Assembly (NCBI GenBank): GCA_001661245.1
Contig: KV454012.1
Coordinates: 1,724,418-1,788,417 of the forward strand
Length of the DNA stretch: 64,000 nt
Origin: Pachysolen tannophilus NRRL Y-2460
Lineage: Eukaryota
Direction: 5' to 3'
Made by a program: the position numbers and the translations under genes. Shown here piece after piece: positions 9,046-21,236 of this stretch. Under the pieces are notes generated by a model that searched no databases, had not been told where the DNA came from, and worked only from the letters and a program-made list of their open reading frames with translations. How positions within the stretch are numbered: the stretch's first letter is position 1; every line of letters begins with the position of its first letter.

Positions 9046-11277
9046 TCACGCATTTAATTTCTGTTTCAAAATAGATTTGAATTCTTTCAACTGATCAGGG
9101 ATTTCAACGTAATAGTTTATCAAATCGTCCATTTCGCTAAATAAGATTCTATAATAATGTCTCAATTTCTTCATTATTTCAGTTTCGAGTTTAACGTCTG
9201 GAGTGATTGGTTGGAACCCCCAAATATAATTGAAAATCTTGTAGATTCCGTAAATATTATCATCTATTAATTTATAGTCATCACAGCACTGCTTGAAAAA
9301 TTCAGAACTGATAAATTTTGTATAAAGCTTTGGCGGAATATAATCAACAACAAGAGAAAGATACTGGTTCTTTGAAAGTTTACTCTTGTAACCTTGGTCA
9401 ATTATAAAACTGAGAATGAAATTATCACTGTTTTCAAAGTTTAATAAATAAACAAGAGATTTAATTAAAACTTCCTCATCGTTAATAACTAGAGACTTTT
9501 TCAAAGTTGATTCCTTTAAAAATTTCAATGGATTTAGTTCATGCTGATTTTTAAAAGCAAGTGCCAATAAATCTGTAAAAATGTTCATATTCTCAACTCT
9601 TGAAGTTTCATAGATTAACAAATCAGTCAAATGATTGGTACCAATATTAGTGGAATTGTGTGATGATTTAGTAGTTGCACCTTTGTCAAAATCATCTCTA
9701 ATAACAGTATAATCCCAAAAGAAATTAATCAATTTAAACTGATTAAATAATATACAATTTTTAATAATATTTAATTGGGAAGAAACTGTAAAATCTGGAA
9801 GCCAAGGAATTGAATCAAATTTGAGAAAAATTTCTTCTGCTTTATTTAAATCTTTATAAGAAATTTCCAATAAATAACAAGATATTAATCTTTGTGCAAC
9901 TTTATCAAAAATTTCTGGGTTTTTTCTTAAAGATATAAAAATTTCATCTAATATTTTTGTTGCCTTATCTATTTTACTAATTTTAATCAATGAAGATATC
10001 AAGTATTCATAAATTAAAAATTGATTTGATAACAATGATGAATAATCAATTGAATTTATCTTGAATTGATTATAAATTTTCATTGTAAAATTATAATTAT
10101 TTGATAATTTTAAGAAAGTCAAATAGTATAATAAATTATCTCTTTTTAACTTATTATATAAATCTGTTGAATTTAATTCTAAATTAACCGTTTTGTTTCC
10201 AAATAAGCTTAAACAAACCAAGAAATAATCATAAATTTTTGGATCAAATTTATAATTATTTTCGTTATAAATATTGAAAAGACTTAAACCAACTTTGAAA
10301 AATTGATTTGCTTGATCAAAATTATTATAAATATAAAAAGATTCAACTGCACCTTTAAATAATGGGAATAAAACCAATTCACAAGTGACTAAGTTTGGTT
10401 TTATATTATTATTCAACATATCAGTATAAGTATTTAACAAGTTAGTTAATTTATCTTCTATTGATTCATTTTTAATTTCCCTTAATGAAATTGATTTTAA
10501 AGTCTTATTATAAATTTCCAAATTTACAGGTAAATTCAATTTTTTAAAATTTTGGAAATGAATAAAAATTTCATTATATTTACCATTTTTTTCTAAATTT
10601 GTCAAGATATTCAATTGATCATTTTCCAGTAATGGATGAACCAGATCTGAAGATTCTGAACTAACAATTGTTTTTGTTTCCAATTGAATTGGTTCTTCAA
10701 CTCCATTTTGAATTGCATCTTCTGAAAAATTTGCCAAAGAATTCCGATTTTCTTCAATTTCATGGAAATTTTTAAAGGATAAATAACTTATAGATCTTTT
10801 TTGAAATTTTGTAAATTCATTTAAATTCAGAAATTTCTCAATAATACCAATATTAGGAGCATTAAAATTAAAATTAAAATTAAAATTCATTCTTTTATTA
10901 TCATTTTTCTTAAAAAATTTTTCATCATCATAATCAAATCCACCGGAACTCGTATAACCATTACAAGATTTAAAAATTCGAAACAATAACTTATGATTCA
11001 AAACCGCAATTGATGGTAACAACTGATTCACAAAAAAGCTGAATTTATCATCTCCAAACCTCGTCCTAGACCCACCATCAGTACTATTATAACCCCGATG
11101 ATACCCATGATAATTATAAAAAATAACTTCATCATAATAAAATCGAGAATATTTACAACAATATTCTTTACGCCTATTTTTATTATTACTGAAAAATTGT
11201 TGCAGACGATAAGATAAAGACGTATAAAACCTCTTTTCTTTCCTTAACCGACATAGCAAAAACCTAATCTTAAACAT
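9046..11277 (-). CDS. RPM2: Rpm2-like mitochondrial PPR-type protein (start codon uncertain)
   Basis: Segment YNEI..FQNFKK..LEIYNKTLKSISLR..KLTNLLNTYTDMLNNNIKP..LFKG resembles the conserved Rpm2 region; first ATG at 11277. Confidence 0.65.
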   Translation of the reverse strand: MFKIRFLLCRLRKEKRFYTSLSYRLQQFFSNNKNRRKEYCCKYSRFYYDEVIFYNYHGYHRGYNSTDGGSRTRFGDDKFSFFVNQLLPSIAVLNHKLLFRIFKSCNGYTSSGGFDYDDEKFFKKNDNKRMNFNFNFNFNAPNIGIIEKFLNLNEFTKFQKRSISYLSFKNFHEIEENRNSLANFSEDAIQNGVEEPIQLETKTIVSSESSDLVHPLLENDQLNILTNLEKNGKYNEIFIHFQNFKKLNLPVNLEIYNKTLKSISLREIKNESIEDKLTNLLNTYTDMLNNNIKPNLVTCELVLFPLFKGAVESFYIYNNFDQANQFFKVGLSLFNIYNENNYKFDPKIYDYFLVCLSLFGNKTVNLELNSTDLYNKLKRDNLLYYLTFLKLSNNYNFTMKIYNQFKINSIDYSSLLSNQFLIYEYLISSLIKISKIDKATKILDEIFISLRKNPEIFDKVAQRLISCYLLEISYKDLNKAEEIFLKFDSIPWLPDFTVSSQLNIIKNCILFNQFKLINFFWDYTVIRDDFDKGATTKSSHNSTNIGTNHLTDLLIYETSRVENMNIFTDLLALAFKNQHELNPLKFLKESTLKKSLVINDEEVLIKSLVYLLNFENSDNFILSFIIDQGYKSKLSKNQYLSLVVDYIPPKLYTKFISSEFFKQCCDDYKLIDDNIYGIYKIFNYIWGFQPITPDVKLETEIMKKLRHYYRILFSEMDDLINYYVEIPDQLKEFKSILKQKLNA

Positions 11278-11820
11278 CTTATCCAATCAATCCCCCATAT
11301 ATCAGATTATTATATCTATAGGATATCTATAGATAATCTTGTATAATAAATAAATATATCATGAATCTCAATTTTAATTGGCCTATATTGTCATGCTTCT
11401 TCGTGATCTTTTACAAAAGCCCTAAATTTTCTGTTTTTCTTTTGTTAAAAGAAAAATAAGAAAAAAAAACGTTGTTTATTATTTTTAATAATATAAATTT
11501 TATTATAATATTAAATTATTATAATATTATTATTGATAGAAGAGCATAAAGAAAAAGAGTTAAGGCGGTTAATTCAATTCTGATATAGTAATCAATTGTC
11601 TCTCTTTATCTTTTTTTATTTTAAATTTAAAAATTTTTATTTTGCTTGTTTGTTTGTTTGTTTGTCCAGTTAATTGGTGAGAATTAGGATTTAAAATTTG
11701 TATTAGCGGGAAGAAAGAAAAGATATAATATATATATATATATATATATTAAAATATATATGTATGTATGTGTATATATCTATATATATATATATTGTAT
11801 ACTATTGAGAAGTTATAAGT

Positions 11821-14800
11821 ATGGATGTCAACGGTGTCAATCAAATAATTGGAGCTTTGGGAATAGTTCATTCTCCAACTTCATCTAATGTGGAGCGCCG
11901 TCAAGCACAAGATGTATGTATTTTTACATGTATATATATATATATATATATGAATGATTATTGGTTTTTATTTATTAGTTTTGCACCAAGAATACGAATT
12001 ACTAACATGTTTGATAAAATATTTTTTTATTTTTTTATAGTTTTTGGAGAGAATTAAACAACAACAGGAGTCTCCTTATTGGGGGTATCAATTGGCTCTC
12101 CCAGATAATAATAATGATTATATTGTAAAACATTTTGGATTAAGTTTATTACAATCATCGATTTCTAATCACTATGATGATTTTGATTTGAATAAGCAAA
12201 TCACAGTGAGAAATTGGATCATTGAGTTGAGTAATAAATTATTGGGGAAAGATCCTCATTATATGAAAGAAAAATTGGCCTTTTTATGGGTGGATTTGGC
12301 CAAGAGATCATGGGGGACCTTATTATATAAACAAATCTCAGATACTAATAATGATATGAGTGGATCAGAAAATGGAAATAACAACGCTAGTAATGATAAT
12401 GATAATAATAGTTCGAGAGCGTTGTCAAATGAAGATTTATTGGAAAGTTGGAAAGATATGGATAAAGATTTATGGCAATTATGGAATCTAAATGCTTGTA
12501 CACGAGAATTGACATTTATCATTTTTAGAACATTGTTTGAAGATATATATATTTTAGAAGATCCAATTGCTATAATGAGACTGAAGGAATTAAGTTCATT
12601 ATGCCCAGAAATAGTCACTTCATCCAAAATTTTAAGTTTAAAATATGAACCAAATGAACAATTATCATTATTCAGAGCTTCTGATGAAGGTTGGTTAATA
12701 ACATGGTCAAATTTATTACAAGAATGTTTAAATAATTTAAATTCTATAAAGGATAAAGATAATGCAGAATATAAAACTTCAGAAAATTTTGTCATCAAAA
12801 TCTTACAAACTTTGAAAACATGTTTACATTGGATTTTACCTATAGCAATAAGAGAAGCACATATTTTGGCAAGATTGACGCAATGTTTTATGTTTTCAAG
12901 AAATGTTACAATAAGAATTTTAGCAACAGAATCTTTACATCTGTTGTTTACAAGATCTTTTTCTGATCAAGAAGATTTTTCAGAAATTGTTGGTGCAATT
13001 TTTACAAAAGATGGTATCAATATGCTATCACAAGGTTATCATTCAATACAATTGGATCCGGATGACATTGATGACCAATTATATTCGTTATTGAAAAAAA
13101 TGGTTGAAATGATCTTAGGGCTAACTGAATACTTGAATACTAATACAGGTAAGGTACGTGCTTTTGAACTTGCCCCAACTTCCGATATAAGAGGTTATTT
13201 GAATTTGGTTTTGGAAACAACAAATAATGAATCCTTAATAGTAAGCGGATTATCTTTACAATTTTGGTCTTCTGTCTTGAGGATTGATCAATTGGCAAGT
13301 AAACCAGAATATCAGGAGTTATTACCTAAATTATTGGAAGTTGCTTCAAATAGATTGATTAATTACGAAGACTTCAATGATGAATTACCAGCTAAAAAAT
13401 ACCTTGAAGTAGATTTTGAAGAACAATCCGATATCTCTGTTTTTTTGGCAAATTATAGAAAATTGATGGATGATGTTGTTAGAATCACGGTATGTCAGAA
13501 ACCAAAAGATGGATTGAATTGGTTAGAACTGAGATTAAATCAATTTTACTGTTCACCCTTAGGTCAAGAGAATATAGCCAATAATCATTTGACTTATAAA
13601 GGTGATGGAGCTGAATGTTACATATATGGATATTCTCAATTTATTATTATAGAAGCCTGTATTAGAGGTATATCTAGATGGCATATTTGGTATGATGATA
13701 AGCACGAAGACAAACAGCAGAAGGCTGAATATTTAAATACGCTTGTTGAGTCCTTGTGTGAAAAATTGTTAATGTTGCAAATTAAAGATCCCTTATTGTT
13801 AAGAAAACAAGTTCAAACATTGGTGCAATTCTCTCCATTATTGAAAGATTTTTCAAATAATTTGATGTTCAGGGTCTTGGAGAAAGTTATATTATCTTGC
13901 ACATATGAATATCCTGAAAATTCAACAGATGAAGAAAGAGAAAATATTAGAGACTTGAGAACTAGTTGCGGAACAGAATTAAATAGATTGGCATATTTGA
14001 TGCCTGAATCTTTGAAAGTCATTTTAAATGACTTAGAGGTTGCTATAAGTAATATTTTATCCTCTAACAAAGTGACTGATCATGAAGCCGTAGCTTTTAA
14101 GTCGTTTTTATTGGTTGTATCACAAAGATCATCAATCGATAATAAAGTTGAGAGATTTAGCAAGATTGTTGATCCAGAGTTGCTGGCATGGTCTGATCCT
14201 ACTACTGAAAAGGGGTTATTAGAACTTCCTTGGTTTATGGAAAGATTGGGTATTGTGAAAATTGCCGAATATTTTCAAAGTAGAGGTATAACATCAACCA
14301 CAAATTTGTTAGATGCTGAGATGGATGATACCGGAAGGAATTTGAAAAACGAGTTAAAGAAACATTGGTCCTCTGTTTTCCCAATTAGAGCCACTAGGAT
14401 ATTTATCCAATACAGCATCGAGAAATTGCCCCACGATTCTGAAGAATACCAAAACTTGTTGAAATTATGGAAACCGAGAATTCAACCAATATTACCACAT
14501 ATTCTTCAATTGATTCATCAAATTCAGTCTTACCATGATCCTAACAATTGGCAAGATTTACCAGTTGAAGTACAAAGTTTCGTTAAATATAGTTGTATGG
14601 AAAGATTTTGGCAACAAGGTGTTTCAATTCAGTCTAAGGAAACTTTTATGGAGGAAAATGTTAAAGCAATGCATACTTTAAGGGATTTTGCTGATAGTGT
14701 TGGCCACATTGTTAGGTATACTAGAGAGTATTCTTATTTAACTATTGGTTCGATTTCAGAGTTGGAAGAAACTTTGTATGAAGTTCCGAACATGGCAACT

Positions 14801-15787
14801 CAGTTATGGCAAGCTGTTGCTGGTTCTAGTGTTGGTATTACTTTACATTCATGGAGACATTTGATAAATCTAGTGTTGAGGTGTGTTATCAAAAATTGTC
14901 CTTTGAAATTTGTTGATACCTTTATGCTGGAGTTATTACCGCAGGTACTAACGACTTTAGATAATTTATTGTTGAAAAACTGGGAACGCATATATTTAAA
15001 AGGATTACAATTATCCGGAAACGAAGACGACCAAACTCTTTCAGAAGAAATGATGGAGGAGCATTTATTGAGACAGCTAACAGCAGTAGTTGACAGAATG
15101 TTAATTGATTTAGTTGGTCAATTAGGCCATGGAAAGTTGAACGAGTTACAAAAGGCCATCAGAAATTTAATTTTCAATAATGCCAATATATTAGCAATTT
15201 TCTTGCAGTTACTAAATCATATTATACTATTTAAGGATACAAGATGTTCATATAATGCTATATTAATCATGAGGAATTTAATCTCGGACGTCTTATTAAG
15301 AGATGAGGAAGTTGATAAATACATTACTAACACTTTTATTAAAACTTTGGTCACTATAATAAATGATCCATTTTTCCTGGACTGTAAGTCCGAGGCGGGT
15401 TATTTATTGACATCGATGTATCTTGCTTTGAGAAAGAAACATCAATATCCTCAAGACTTTTTAAATGACTTGATAAATGAGATTTCAAATGGTACGGATG
15501 ACAAGAAATCTGGTAGTGATAATATGTTTAGTATCAAACAATTGGAAGAGATATTGAATAAAACTCAATCAATAAGAATGCAGAAGAATATGATGGTCAC
15601 GTTTATAACTGTTGACAGTAATAGTGATCTAGAAGGTACCAATGGTGCTGGTAGTGGCTTTAATAATAATGGAACAAACAGAAAGAAAGATTTGGAAGAG
15701 GCTAATAACAGTAGAAAGAAGAAAACTGACGGTTCAAATATTGAAGATTATACCGGATTGAACAATTTATTTGGTGATGATGTATGA
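11821..15787 (+). CDS. MSN5: Karyopherin/exportin-5 Msn5; two exons (11821-11913, 12041-15787)
   Basis: Intron 11914-12040 with GTATGT, TACTAAC and TAG; splicing gives RRQAQD/FLERIK in frame; long HEAT-type protein with ERFWQQGVSIQSKETF. Confidence 0.95.
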
Positions 15788-16128
15788 ATAAGAAAAAGAA
15801 AATTTTTTTAAAAAAAAAACAAAACCAAAATGTCAATTGAAAGAAACTCGGCTGTTTCCTTCTTTTGTCATTTCATACTATTAAAAGAAAAAAAGGAGTA
15901 CAAATCAATGGAGGTTCCTTTATTTACTATATTGTTTCTTAAAAGTTTTTAATTTCCTTTTACCTTTTACAGGCACCTAACAACATATATATATTGCTGC
16001 TTTATTTTATTTTATTTTTTCTTTTTTCTATTTTTTTTTATATATAATCTTGTCTTTCACTTGTAGTTTCTTGTTTATCGTTAACTATTGTAATATTAAA
16101 TATAATAATATGAATTATTATAAGAATC

Positions 16129-17031
16129 TTAACTATAAAATTTTAATTTCCCATCTACAAAAACAGCTCTTCCACCTGTGTCATCAATCCATAATCTATA
16201 ATTTAAATCGTCAATTTTTTTGTAATTTAACCTAAACTCGTTATTCAAAAACATAGGTTTGTGATTTTTGTAAGAAAATTTCTTGATATCTGTTTTCATG
16301 GTATTATTTAAAAAGAATTCCAACAAAAGATTGATTGATAATGGACCATGTATCAATAAATTCGGATATTTTTCGACATTTCGAGTATAGTCCAAGTCGT
16401 AATGGATCTTATGAGCATTAAAAGTTACACAACTGTACCTCAATAGAGATGTTGTTGTTGGTTTGATAATTATAGAACGATCAGGCACCATAGTAAAATT
16501 AGTTCTTTGGTCTTGTTGCTGATCAGCATTAAAAGTGTTATTCACATACATTAATTTACGCAATTCAGTAAGACAAATATTGCCACTACGATCCCTAAAA
16601 CTTCTCTCAATCTCCACAAGACTTTTAAATTCTAAATCTTTTTCATCCTCTCCAAATATCTTGTAACTTCTTATCCTCTCCGAGAGACTGCATTCTTCAT
16701 GGAACCGCATAAAACTTTCATTTGAAAATGATAACTCCCCACCTACCCAAAGTCTCCGTCTAAAAAAATCATGCTTATTCACTGTTGGTGCCTGGTAGCT
16801 TTCATATCCGTCTTTACTTAGTTCAGATTCTCTTGTCAATGAGTTGAGATATGCAAAATGATACCCTGGTGGCACTTTATTTGTATTATGTGGAAATTCA
16901 TCAGAAGTATTTAATATCGATTGCAACACAATCTTTAGCTGACGTGATGGATATAGAGATAGTGACTCATCCAACAGAGTCCATCTGGAGCTTAATAGCC
17001 TTTGCTTCAAGTTAATCAAATCTTTAATCAT
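16129..17031 (-). CDS. HTD2: Mitochondrial 3-hydroxyacyl-thioester dehydratase
   Basis: RRLWVGGEL and YSCVTFNAHKIHYD..LLIHGPL hot-dog hydratase motifs. Confidence 0.88.
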   Translation of the reverse strand: MIKDLINLKQRLLSSRWTLLDESLSLYPSRQLKIVLQSILNTSDEFPHNTNKVPPGYHFAYLNSLTRESELSKDGYESYQAPTVNKHDFFRRRLWVGGELSFSNESFMRFHEECSLSERIRSYKIFGEDEKDLEFKSLVEIERSFRDRSGNICLTELRKLMYVNNTFNADQQQDQRTNFTMVPDRSIIIKPTTTSLLRYSCVTFNAHKIHYDLDYTRNVEKYPNLLIHGPLSINLLLEFFLNNTMKTDIKKFSYKNHKPMFLNNEFRLNYKKIDDLNYRLWIDDTGGRAVFVDGKLKFYS

Positions 17032-17197
17032 TGAAAGTCATCACTAACCTCTTTTAATTAATTTTTCAGTGTAGAATATGAGCCAAAAAAGAAAATTTGA
17101 AAATTTTTTTAAAAAGTATTCTTCAAAAATTATCAGTTTTACTTGTTCAATCAAGTTTAACTAGTGATACCAGTTGCATTATTCATAGCTGCTTTTA

Positions 17198-18682
17198 ATG
17201 GGTCTAGTATCATTACTCAGAGGACTAGGAAGAACGTGCAAAATGGAAACAACAAAGCGTTTGGGTTATGTTAGTATCAAGTCACAACTTGTGTCACCAC
17301 CTATAAACAGATCAATGTCGGAATTAGATAGATCGTTCTTTACAAAGAAGTTCAATGTATGGTCATTATATTTCCCAGATCCGACTAAAATTGGTGCTTT
17401 TGTAAGAATTGCAAAAGAAGACATCTTGCAAGTGCCACATGTTCCTTTTATAATCAAATATGATGGTACAAAAGGCGAGAAAGGTGTTGTGTTGACGGAT
17501 AGAGTGATTTCACCAGAAGACGTTAAGATTCTGTTACAAAAGAAGACTTTGGAGTTAATAGATGAATATCATTGTCAACTTAGACCTTATGAAATTGTAA
17601 TTGATTATAACTATTGGAAAACAGATGAAATTTTAAGAGCCATATTACCAGATGATTCAGATGAGGAAATTCCTTCTGGATTTACAAGAACTGGACATAT
17701 TGCACATATCAATTTAAAAGATGACTATAAGAAATATGACAAGATAATTGGAACAGTGATATTGGATAAGAATCCTTCTATTAAAACTGTGGTGGATAAA
17801 GTTGATACCATTGATACAACGTTCCGAACTTTTAAAATGAAAGTAATAGCTGGAGAGCCTAATTTTATTGTTGAACAACGTGAAAGTGACTGTTTGTTCA
17901 AATTTGATTTTTCAAAAGTATATTGGAATTCCAGATTGCATACTGAACATAAGAGATTAGTTGATATTTTCACTGATGAAGGTGGTGTTGGTGCAATATG
18001 TGATGTGATGGCAGGCGTAGGTCCTTTTGCAATACCATCAGGTAAAAATCAGCTTGTGGTATTTGCAAATGATTTGAATCCAGAATCTTACAAATGGTTG
18101 GAGGTAAATATAGGTTTGAATAAAGTCGGTGATTTTGTCAAAGCCTATAATACTGATGGTAGAGAATTCATTAAGGAATCAACCAAATTAATCTATGAAC
18201 ATAGTAATAAGGAAAAGGCTATAGAGCTTCCAAGACCAAAGAAGAAGCTGAAGTTTACAAATGAATCCAAGGAGATTTCAAATTTGAAAAAAGAAATTCC
18301 AAAATTTTTTACACAATACGTTATGAACTTGCCAGATTCAGCTATAACTTTCTTAGATGCATTTATTGGATTGTATAGTAAAAACGGGTTCACTAAAGAC
18401 GAAATGTATAGCATACCTGGCTTCAAATTACCAGTGATAAACTTTCATCATTTTGAAAAATTTTCACCAGATGAAAAACCAGAACCAAGCAATGAAGAAT
18501 TGTATAAAAGAATCCATTTGAAGGTGAAAAAATTGATAAACTATGATATCAATTTTGAAGATATGAGTTTCCATTTAGTTAGAAAGGTGGCTCCTACAAA
18601 GCCAATGTACTGTATCAGTTTTACATTGCCAGAAGAGGTTGCATTTTTAGATACACTGAAAATCAGTCATGATAATAAATAA
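17198..18682 (+). CDS. TRM5: tRNA (guanine-37 N1)-methyltransferase
   Basis: GHIAHINL, FDFSKVYWNSRLHTEH, DVMAGVGPFA, ANDLNP, VMNLP motifs. Confidence 0.95.
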   Translation: MGLVSLLRGLGRTCKMETTKRLGYVSIKSQLVSPPINRSMSELDRSFFTKKFNVWSLYFPDPTKIGAFVRIAKEDILQVPHVPFIIKYDGTKGEKGVVLTDRVISPEDVKILLQKKTLELIDEYHCQLRPYEIVIDYNYWKTDEILRAILPDDSDEEIPSGFTRTGHIAHINLKDDYKKYDKIIGTVILDKNPSIKTVVDKVDTIDTTFRTFKMKVIAGEPNFIVEQRESDCLFKFDFSKVYWNSRLHTEHKRLVDIFTDEGGVGAICDVMAGVGPFAIPSGKNQLVVFANDLNPESYKWLEVNIGLNKVGDFVKAYNTDGREFIKESTKLIYEHSNKEKAIELPRPKKKLKFTNESKEISNLKKEIPKFFTQYVMNLPDSAITFLDAFIGLYSKNGFTKDEMYSIPGFKLPVINFHHFEKFSPDEKPEPSNEELYKRIHLKVKKLINYDINFEDMSFHLVRKVAPTKPMYCISFTLPEEVAFLDTLKISHDNK

Positions 18683-18755
18683 ATAAATAATATCGATAAT
18701 TGTAAATATAATGATCAAAAAACAAAAAAAAGTATTAAAAAGAATTAAGAAAGGT

Positions 18756-20492
18756 CTACAATAACCATTGAAATAATGTTTGACGTAAATTTGGCTTTCC
18801 AGTTTTACCTTCTTTTTCCATTTGAAGATGATACTGGTATTCATACTCTTCGACTTCTTCTAAACCATCTTGTAAGTCCACCTCACTTGGTCTTTTAAAT
18901 TTGGTTTTTTTGAAGAGCTTCCAGAATATGAAGATGCCAACATTAACGAAAAGCATGATATAGTAAAATATAAAATCACTGATCAGCCACATTCCAGGAA
19001 TAAATGTAGAGTAACCTATAATTCCAACGAGAATTGTAAGGAAAAAAGTAACAATATAAGCACTATAAGGTTGAAAATAAGCAACATAGGTGAACTTGGT
19101 TCTATCAACACCTTGCTTTTTACAAGCCCAATAAAATGCATCGTATGTAATAATCATATAGAAATAAAGAAGAACTTGTGATTTTGTGCAAATATTGGTA
19201 AGATATGTAAATGCTCCCAATGTTCCACCACTTCCTAAAGATAAGAAAGCTAATAAACCAAAACTCCAAGTAACCAAGACAGCAAAAATTGGGATACCCT
19301 GTCTTGTACATAATTTGAAAAAAGAAGGTGCAAAACCTTTGATTGATAAAGCATACAATTGTCTTGAAGCACAATATACATAAGAGTTTCCTGCTGAAAG
19401 AGCAGATAATAATACAACGGCATTGACTATATTCGGTAAAACCAGTATATTTAAATTATTCATAGCAATAACGTATGGTGATTCGCCTACATCTGTTGAG
19501 CTTGCACCATGTTCCAGGATTAAAGTTGGATCGTTACATGCAAGTAATATTCCAACGGATAATGATCCTCCAACATAGAAGATACATAACCGTATAATAA
19601 CAGATTTAAACATCATCTTCGAAGTTCTTCTAACATCTTTGGCTTCTGCTAATGTAGAAGACATGTATTCGGGACCTCCCACATATTGGTTTGCTTGAAA
19701 TAAAGCTGCCAACCATCCATCAAATCTTCCAAGTGAACCAGTAGTAATGTAACCACTGCCAAATGGTTCAATACCAAAATTTCTGAACCCAAAGGCATCG
19801 TGGTTAGGGTTACCACCACACATGGTGATCAAGGTGAAAAACAATAGGCCAATTGCTAAAATCAACTTAGTAATAGACAAGACAAATTCTGCTTCGCCAA
19901 ATAAAGCAACATCATAAATATTCAAGGCAAGATACAAAGCCAAGACTGCTGCAATAGGTATTCCGGCAGAAAAGTCATCTCTCCAGTAATTCAAGATCGC
20001 GCTAACCGCAGTCAGTTCAAATGGAATGTATAAAGACTCCATTAAGAAGAAATTGTAACCTGAAGAAACCTCAAGTGCTTCATCAATACATCTTCCAGCC
20101 ATGGAAACAAATGGTGAAGGTAAGGGGTACTGCGTAACCATTTCTCCAACTGCTGAGTTCATCATTAAGACAAGCAGAGTATAGAAAGCAGTTGCTGTGA
20201 ACAAACCTGCTGGCCCAGCCCTCAATAAACCAGTTGCAATGGTGACAAATATACTTGTACCAATAGCACCTGAAATGGCAATTAATTGGACATGTCTAAC
20301 GTTGAGGTGACGTTGAATCTTATAGTCCTTGTCAATTTGGAAGAACCTAAACTTCTTCTCTACCTTCTCAATTGGACTATCATTATTTGATGATAGCTCT
20401 TCTATATCTCCGTTACTGTTTTCATCCAAAGATGAAACTTGAACTGTAATATCTGTTTTTCCCAGCTTAGACTCCTGTATAAAAAATGACAT
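18756..20492 (-). CDS. APC-family amino acid permease (Agp2-like)
   Basis: RHVQLIAISGAIGTSIF, FGEAEF, ESPYVIAM motifs; about 12 hydrophobic segments. Confidence 0.9.
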   Translation of the reverse strand: MSFFIQESKLGKTDITVQVSSLDENSNGDIEELSSNNDSPIEKVEKKFRFFQIDKDYKIQRHLNVRHVQLIAISGAIGTSIFVTIATGLLRAGPAGLFTATAFYTLLVLMMNSAVGEMVTQYPLPSPFVSMAGRCIDEALEVSSGYNFFLMESLYIPFELTAVSAILNYWRDDFSAGIPIAAVLALYLALNIYDVALFGEAEFVLSITKLILAIGLLFFTLITMCGGNPNHDAFGFRNFGIEPFGSGYITTGSLGRFDGWLAALFQANQYVGGPEYMSSTLAEAKDVRRTSKMMFKSVIIRLCIFYVGGSLSVGILLACNDPTLILEHGASSTDVGESPYVIAMNNLNILVLPNIVNAVVLLSALSAGNSYVYCASRQLYALSIKGFAPSFFKLCTRQGIPIFAVLVTWSFGLLAFLSLGSGGTLGAFTYLTNICTKSQVLLYFYMIITYDAFYWACKKQGVDRTKFTYVAYFQPYSAYIVTFFLTILVGIIGYSTFIPGMWLISDFIFYYIMLFVNVGIFIFWKLFKKTKFKRPSEVDLQDGLEEVEEYEYQYHLQMEKEGKTGKPNLRQTLFQWLL

Positions 20493-20535
20493 TTTTAAAG
20501 CAAACTATTTGAAGTAAAGTCTGTAAACCTACAAA

Positions 20536-20788
20536 CTTATCACAAAATACATTACAACTATATATATACCGATGGTTTGATAAAAAAAAGCTTATAAAAA
20601 AAGCTTATAAAAACTTAAGAACTCACTCAATAACTCATAAACTTATCTTTTGCTTTAGGTGCCCTATCTTCTTAAAACAATATCAGCTCTCTAGCTTAAG
20701 AACTGATTCTACTTGAGAATTGAGTTGATAATTGTAAATGAAACCAAAGAGGTTCCTGCTTGCCCTGCATATCTGAGCAGTTCTTATC
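20536..20788 (-). promoter_or_regulatory. GATAAG cluster upstream of the permease (possible nitrogen-regulated GATA sites)
   Basis: CTTATC on + at 20536, 20642 and 20783; function inferred only. Confidence 0.4.
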
Positions 20789-21236
20789 TGCATACTTTAC
20801 AAATCGATGAATTTTCCTCATCGGGAAGATAATAAAAGCGCCTAAATAACCAAGCAAAAAAGAACTAAAGTGTGGATAGCTTGTAACCATGTGTGGTAAG
20901 GCAGATCTTTATAGATAGATGTAAAGATAAACGTTTCGATGATTATACACTTCTGGAATTTTGCGCTTTTTGAAAATTGTATCTTCTATTAAGGAGGGAA
21001 CAACAAGCAATCTTTACGGCCTAGTTCCTCGCTTGATAGATAAACCTCTAAATTAGATTGTTATTTTGAAAAGTGCAACCACCGAAAATAGCAGAAACAA
21101 TGAATTTCAGCTAGATAACTTACTAAATATCAAGTTTTAGATTAGATTGAATCAAAAGTAATTTGATATAAACGCAAAAAATTTAAAACAAAATTATAGG
21201 ATAAATGAAATAAAGTCTATTATAAGATTTTCCCAT

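Noticed and set aside
12259..14991. Short antisense or alternate-frame ORFs inside MSN5, and similar ones in other long genes
   Set aside because: Shadow ORFs of AT-rich coding sequence with no recognisable motifs.
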